Position numbers and translations under genes: made by a program. Below are positions 59,636 through 64,000 of a stretch of 64,000 nt of DNA, piece by piece; within the stretch, counting starts at the first letter, position 1; each line of letters opens with the position of its first letter. Origin of the DNA: Bacteriovoracaceae bacterium (GTDB taxonomy: Bacteria; Bdellovibrionota; Bacteriovoracia; Bacteriovoracales; Bacteriovoracaceae); the NCBI GenBank assembly GCA_965217035.1, contig OZ244226.1, positions 2,152,146 to 2,216,145 on the forward strand, in the 5' to 3' direction. Below the pieces are notes generated by a model. That model saw nothing but the letters and a program-made list of their open reading frames with translations, was not told the origin of the DNA and did not search any database.

Positions 59636-59936
59636 GAAGTTTATGTAGCAAAATTTTATACTCTGCTCAATACTAGGGGACGCAAAGTGCTGCTTCCAAG
59701 GTAGGTTTAAAAGCAGCATGAATGTTTTACATCAAATTCACGCTTAGATTTAAAATACTTGACTGTTTACTCAAGACAGAAGTGATTTAACTTGAATAGG
59801 ATGATGTTAAAAGATAGCGGATTAAGTCTTCAATAGTGAATAGAAGTAATTTTAATGCTTTATGTGTAAGATGCCATTGCTTTCATATCCTCAGCGGTAC
59901 TCTGGGTTTAAGTTATTTTAGCTAGTTACCGATATT

Positions 59937-59982
59937 TTTATTACATATTACAAATTGTAATATGTAATAAATCTGCTATGAT
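59937..59982 (+). promoter_or_regulatory. palindromic operator overlapping a sigma70 promoter
   Basis: TTTATTACATATTACAA-a-TTGTAATATGTAATAAA (17-bp arms); -35 TTGTAA at 59955-59960; extended -10 TGcTATGAT at 59974-59982. Confidence 0.8.
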
Positions 59983-60000
59983 AGAGGAAGGAGAGATGCT

Positions 60001-60525
60001 ATGGCGAGAAAGCATTTACGGCCACAAGACATTCTGATTTTAGCAAAGCTAGTTGAGTTTAAAGGTGCTGACTTTAAGCAGAAAGATCTCGCTGAAGAGA
60101 TAGGGCTTAGTCAGTCGGAAGTGGTTCATGCTCTTAGTCGGTTAGATTTCGTCTCACTGTATGATAAAAAAAACAATCGACTGAATAGATTAGAAGTCAT
60201 TCACTTCCTAGAAAATGCAGTTAAGTATTTATTTCCACTTGAGATGGGTGATTTCTCAAGAGGAATTAAAACAGGTCTTTCTAGTAAGTTTTTAAAAAAT
60301 AAAATTCGAGGTGGTGAAGACCTTGATTATGTTTGGCCTTCAGGAAATGGGAAGGTGAAGGGAATTGCAGTAAAGCCCGTTTTTGAGACAGTACCTCAAC
60401 TTGTAGAAGAGAATGAGTTTTTAATGAAACTATTAAACATCATTGATATCTTTCGAGGGAGATTTTCAAAGCGAGTTACTGAGGTTGCTTCTACTGAACT
60501 TCGAAAGCTTGTACTAGGAAAGTAA
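60001..60525 (+). CDS. wHTH protein, putative AbiEi-like antitoxin/regulator
   Basis: LRPQDILIL.KL...QKDLAEEIGLSQSEV..AL.RL HTH; KYLFP and YVWP motifs; coupled by TAATG to the NTase gene. Confidence 0.7.
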   Translation: MARKHLRPQDILILAKLVEFKGADFKQKDLAEEIGLSQSEVVHALSRLDFVSLYDKKNNRLNRLEVIHFLENAVKYLFPLEMGDFSRGIKTGLSSKFLKNKIRGGEDLDYVWPSGNGKVKGIAVKPVFETVPQLVEENEFLMKLLNIIDIFRGRFSKRVTEVASTELRKLVLGK

Positions 60526-61232
60526 TGAGTACCAATATTGAAATGATTAAAATTGTTGCGAGTAAGCTAGAAGAACTGAATGATCAATGTGTTTTCGTTG
60601 GAGGAGCAACGACTTCACTTTATGTTGATGATCCGATTGCGCCGGAACCTACGGCCTCGGAAGATGTTGATTGCGTTGTAGAGGTCACAACAATGGCAGA
60701 GTATGCCAAGATAGAAGAAAAGCTTAGGAAAAAAGGATTTGTTGATATTGATCCGACGGGAGAAGATGAAAAAGCACCGATTTGTAGAAAGTATTTAGGT
60801 AACTTAAAAGTAGACTTTATGCCACCTGATCCCAAAATATTAAGCTTCTCTAATACTTGGTACAAAGATGGAGTTAAGAATAAAATCATCGTAAAACTTT
60901 CATCGAAGATCTCTGTATCCATATTTTCTTTGTCTTATTTCCTCGCTTCTAAGCTTGAAGCTTTTAATGATCGTGGGGTAGAGGAAGGTATGAGATCAAG
61001 TAGGGACTTAGAGGACATAGCACAAGTTCTAGATGGCAAAGTTGATTTGGAAAAAGAGCTGTTAGAGGCTGATAAAAAAGTATTGGATTACTTAAAGAAT
61101 TCTTTTCAAGCTTGGTTAGAAGATGAAAATTTATACAGAGAAGCGATCGGTGGAAATATAGCCTATGAGCAGGTAAAGGTTGAGAGAGTCGATCGTATTT
61201 TTGAAATTTTAAAACGAATTGCACACAGTTGA
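60525..61232 (+). CDS. AbiEii/AbiGii-like nucleotidyltransferase (putative toxin)
   Basis: VFVGG, EDVD, VDF, SKLEAF and RDLED motifs of Pol-beta-like DUF1814-type NTases. Confidence 0.8.
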   Translation: MSTNIEMIKIVASKLEELNDQCVFVGGATTSLYVDDPIAPEPTASEDVDCVVEVTTMAEYAKIEEKLRKKGFVDIDPTGEDEKAPICRKYLGNLKVDFMPPDPKILSFSNTWYKDGVKNKIIVKLSSKISVSIFSLSYFLASKLEAFNDRGVEEGMRSSRDLEDIAQVLDGKVDLEKELLEADKKVLDYLKNSFQAWLEDENLYREAIGGNIAYEQVKVERVDRIFEILKRIAHS

Positions 61233-61387
61233 CGGTCGTTACCATGGTGCCCTCGTATTTCGGGTAGTTTTTGGGTAGTCTTCGTTTACAAAAACAGTGA
61301 TTTTTAATGAAAAACAATGAAGCGAGTCAACCTCTAACTAGTTGAAAGTGTTAGTAAAGTGTTTAAATCAGTTGGCCCTTTGAGAAA

Positions 61388-61426
61388 CCGCGAGAGGGCA
61401 CCATCTCTTTTAAATTCAAGTGTTTA
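61388..61426 (+). repeat. att direct repeat, right copy (tRNA-Phe 3' fragment)
   Basis: Identical to 55023-55061 over 39 bp. Confidence 0.95.
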
Positions 61427-61555
61427 TGTTTCAGGGGAATGTCCTCGCTTAATAGTCGGTTACCTCTACCTGACACGAATCTGTCCTTTTGTTATACTTA
61501 TCTTGAGATTTACTTCCTTGGCTCTATATAAGGAAAATAATAGAGAGGGCTTCCC

Positions 61556-63160
61556 ATGAAAATTTTCAGTTTTAACCTAGTGGTACTTTTACTTTGTCAT
61601 GTGCTTTTTGTTAGCAATGCATTCTCTGGGAAGAAATATGTTCCCGAAGTAGCTTCAAAAGAGTTCAAGAAAAAAATTAAATCAATTTCAATGAGTGAAA
61701 AACGTTTTAAAAAGCTCGTGAAAAAAATGAGGAAAATTAACAAAAGAAAAATTGCCTCATTAGACAATACTGTCAGTAGTAAACTGGACTCTTCTTACGT
61801 TAAACTTACTAAGAAATTTCTTGAAATAAAAGATGTCGATGTAATGGCAGACTTTATGAATACTAATAAAAAGTTCATCAAGAACTGTTTATGGAAAGAT
61901 TGTGGTATTTCAGACGACGAGCTTTTCTTTAGAACTTATCTATATTCGGTGACTCCGTTTGAGTCTATTACTTATAGATTGAGGAAATATGTTGAGAAAT
62001 ACCCTTATGGTCAAACGCTTTTTGTTTCGCCGTTAAGGGTTCTAGCTACTATCTCTGAAGTATGGAAACCGAATAACTCCACTCAGAATCTTTTATCACA
62101 GTATATGACAGCACCAACGAAATACACCTTTGATAAAGAGATTAAAACAGCTCCAGGTTTTACCACTTATCTTAGCAAGGAATATCTTTCAGTTCTTTCA
62201 GATCTTATGATTATTCTCGATAGAAAGATAGGTTCTCAAAAAGAGTATGTGATTTGGGACAATAAGGTGATGGCTGGAAATAATAGCTTCCCTGATGGAA
62301 TCCAGCGCTATCAAGCTGTGACGATGGGGGATCGCTATGCTATGGCTTCTTACCTCGCTCAAGTCGCTTCAAACTGGTCAATGTACCTGGCTTATAACAC
62401 TCACAATATTCTCGAAGTTTTTAAAAGCCTTGGTCATCTCTATGGGGTGGATAGTTTTACGTCCTCTGTTACAAATAGGCTGGGAATATGGAGAGATATT
62501 AGTGGAGCCCCTGCATCTGCAAGAAAAAAGGTTTTTGATAACAAAAAATATAAAACTTTTCTTAAAAAACATGCTGGAACAAGTTATTGGATGGGAGTTT
62601 CTTTTAAATATCTTAAAAGATCAGTTGATTACGGACAAATCGCTTGGACTGAGCTTAAAGAGAGGAAATCTAACGAACTTGGCATTTTAAGCTATTTTCA
62701 AATTCCTACAGGGACACAAACATTTTTGAATGACGGAGTTGAGAAAGTTCGAGAGGCTTTTCCTGAAGAAAACGAGAATGGAAAATTTATTACTGATAAA
62801 AAAGATAATGTGATTAAAGGAAATATGACTTTTTCAAGCTTAGTTTCAAATGAAACGGTTAAGTTTGATGTTTATGAGTTTTATCACAACCCTCCTGCAG
62901 ATTTGAAAAACTTTCTTCCAAAAGACTTTGTTAGAGGGAAAAAGAATAAGGAGAGAACTTTCAAGACTCAAAATGGAAAGAAGTTTGTTACGAAATACAG
63001 AAATTATCTATATGGAAGCCCTCTTAAGTGGCAGATTGATAAGTTTTCGAAGTATTTTAAAAACGTTGAGAAGGATGAAGATATTCCTCGTAATATCAGA
63101 GTTCTTTCGGAGTCATACGCTAGTCCAATGGCGACGCCATTTTTTATGGCCGTTTACTAG
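61556..63160 (+). CDS. secreted hypothetical protein
   Basis: 534-aa ORF with a signal peptide (SNAFS); no recognised motif. Confidence 0.7.
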   Translation: MKIFSFNLVVLLLCHVLFVSNAFSGKKYVPEVASKEFKKKIKSISMSEKRFKKLVKKMRKINKRKIASLDNTVSSKLDSSYVKLTKKFLEIKDVDVMADFMNTNKKFIKNCLWKDCGISDDELFFRTYLYSVTPFESITYRLRKYVEKYPYGQTLFVSPLRVLATISEVWKPNNSTQNLLSQYMTAPTKYTFDKEIKTAPGFTTYLSKEYLSVLSDLMIILDRKIGSQKEYVIWDNKVMAGNNSFPDGIQRYQAVTMGDRYAMASYLAQVASNWSMYLAYNTHNILEVFKSLGHLYGVDSFTSSVTNRLGIWRDISGAPASARKKVFDNKKYKTFLKKHAGTSYWMGVSFKYLKRSVDYGQIAWTELKERKSNELGILSYFQIPTGTQTFLNDGVEKVREAFPEENENGKFITDKKDNVIKGNMTFSSLVSNETVKFDVYEFYHNPPADLKNFLPKDFVRGKKNKERTFKTQNGKKFVTKYRNYLYGSPLKWQIDKFSKYFKNVEKDEDIPRNIRVLSESYASPMATPFFMAVY

Positions 63161-63195
63161 TTTTATGACTTCAGATCTGTTCTAATAATTTTAGA

Positions 63196-64000
63196 ATGGA
63201 GAGCCTTAAACTATTGCTTGGTCGGACTTTAAGTTGGGCCGAGCAAAATCATAAAAAAACTTTATTTTTTTTTGGATTATTATTCCTTGCTTCTCTTTAT
63301 CTGTGTAAAGACATTAAGGTTCTTTTTTCAATTAACGACATTGTTAATGAGAATTTTGAGACAACAAGCTCTCTTAGAGTTTTAGAAGATAAGTTTGATG
63401 AGAGAAATGATGTTCTTGTCTTTATTAGTACTGAAAATGAGCAATTTACGAAAGAGGAGGTCTGTGCAGTAAAAGAGCTCGTTGCTGACTTCTCTCTAAG
63501 CCCTGATATCTCTAAGATTTTTTCTACTTTTCATCTTCGAAAAACTTTAATGAATTCGAGAAGCTTGAACTTTCCCTTGATTGTGGATGTTGATTGTCAT
63601 GAAAATGATTCTTTTTCATTAAAAAACTCACTGACTTCTCTTAAAAAGAGTCCTTGGTATGGTTCATTGATTTCAAAAGAAGATAAACAAGATATTGCCA
63701 TTTCACTTTATTTGGATCCTGAAAACTTTTCAGGAAACGATATTGCCTTTGGAACCTTCTCTGTGAATCAAGTTCAACGAGTTATCGAACGGATTCAAAA
63801 TTTTATGAAATTAAACCCTAGTTTATCTGTTAAGCTGACGGGAAATGCGATTTATCAATATGAAGGGTATAAAGGATTAGAAAGTATTAATCTTTCAAAT
63901 CTTCTTATTGGTCTTTTGATCTTTGTCACTTTTAAACTCTTCTGGGGGACATTCCGTTCGGCGTTTCTTTTTCTTCTGTCTCTTCTGTTGACCTATACCT
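63196..64000 (+). CDS. MMPL/RND family transporter, 3' end cut off by the window
   Basis: Frame open from ATG 63196 to the window end: TM1, a large soluble loop ending VKLTGNAI, then hydrophobic helices (LFWGTFRSAFLFLL). Absent from the ORF track because no stop is reached. Confidence 0.7.
   Translation, partial: MESLKLLLGRTLSWAEQNHKKTLFFFGLLFLASLYLCKDIKVLFSINDIVNENFETTSSLRVLEDKFDERNDVLVFISTENEQFTKEEVCAVKELVADFSLSPDISKIFSTFHLRKTLMNSRSLNFPLIVDVDCHENDSFSLKNSLTSLKKSPWYGSLISKEDKQDIAISLYLDPENFSGNDIAFGTFSVNQVQRVIERIQNFMKLNPSLSVKLTGNAIYQYEGYKGLESINLSNLLIGLLIFVTFKLFWGTFRSAFLFLLSLLLTYT

Larger units (their letters stand above)
55023..61426. mobile_element. tRNA-Phe-integrated element of ~6.4 kb, probably an integrative mobilisable element
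   Basis: 39-bp direct repeat of the tRNA 3' end at both borders; integrase, excisionase-like and relaxase-like genes inside. Confidence 0.9.

Noticed and set aside
59647..59710. c-di-GMP-I-like GCAAA...GGGACGCAAAG
   Set aside because: No GNRA-capped P2 stem between the motifs, and the sequence is better explained as the promoter of the opposite-strand TIGR02147 gene.
55023..61426. Calling the island a prophage or phage satellite
   Set aside because: No structural, terminase, primase or capsid-interference genes; the relaxase-like gene fits an IME better.
61359..61559. 66-aa ORF spanning the right att site
   Set aside because: It reads through the tRNA-derived repeat, has no SD or motif, and is most likely spurious.
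63265..63273. T9 tract early in the MMPL gene as a phase-variation site
   Set aside because: It is in frame (Phe-Phe-Phe in a TM helix), and such runs are common in AT-rich DNA.
1..64000. CRISPR array, rRNA, IS transposase, and the many short antisense or alternate-frame ORFs in the track
   Set aside because: No regularly spaced repeats, rRNA or transposase motifs were seen by eye. The short ORFs lie inside well-supported genes and are treated as shadows.

Overview
AT-rich bacterial chromosome segment. The gene content (TIGR02147-type regulator, TPR+winged-helix regulator, degenerate HD-GYP protein, many secreted hydrolases, Flp-like pilin) suggests a Bdellovibrionota predator of the Bacteriovoracaceae/Halobacteriovorax type; this is an inference. 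Bases 1-54900 are mostly core and metabolic genes: waaA fragment, fadI/fadJ-like beta-oxidation pair, LolC/E-like and MdlAB-like ABC transporters, LYS1-type saccharopine dehydrogenase, DsbA-like protein, pyk, queG, ddl, thrS, rimP-nusA-infB-rbfA-truB, M3 and M48 peptidases, a PTPS, tyrS, rnhA, an FKBP and hppD. The main accessory feature is a complete ~6.4 kb integrative element in tRNA-Phe(GAA), bounded by a perfect 39-bp direct repeat (55023-55061 and 61388-61426), with matching tandem GGGTAGT arm-type motifs inside both ends. It encodes a tyrosine integrase, an excisionase-like HTH protein, a Replic_Relax/MOB_C-like protein beside a long hairpin (candidate oriT), a TIGR02147 regulator with a secreted protein, and an HTH + nucleotidyltransferase pair (AbiE/type IV TA-like) under a perfect 17-bp-arm palindromic operator. 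Other points of interest are an AT-rich orphan with a possible ADP-ribosyltransferase-like C-terminus, a PTPS-III motif, two pseudo-enzymes, a probable ATT start codon, apparent leaderless genes and an unannotated 21-aa hydrophobic ORF. No CRISPR array or rRNA was seen. All family calls come from reading motifs by eye; no database searches were run.
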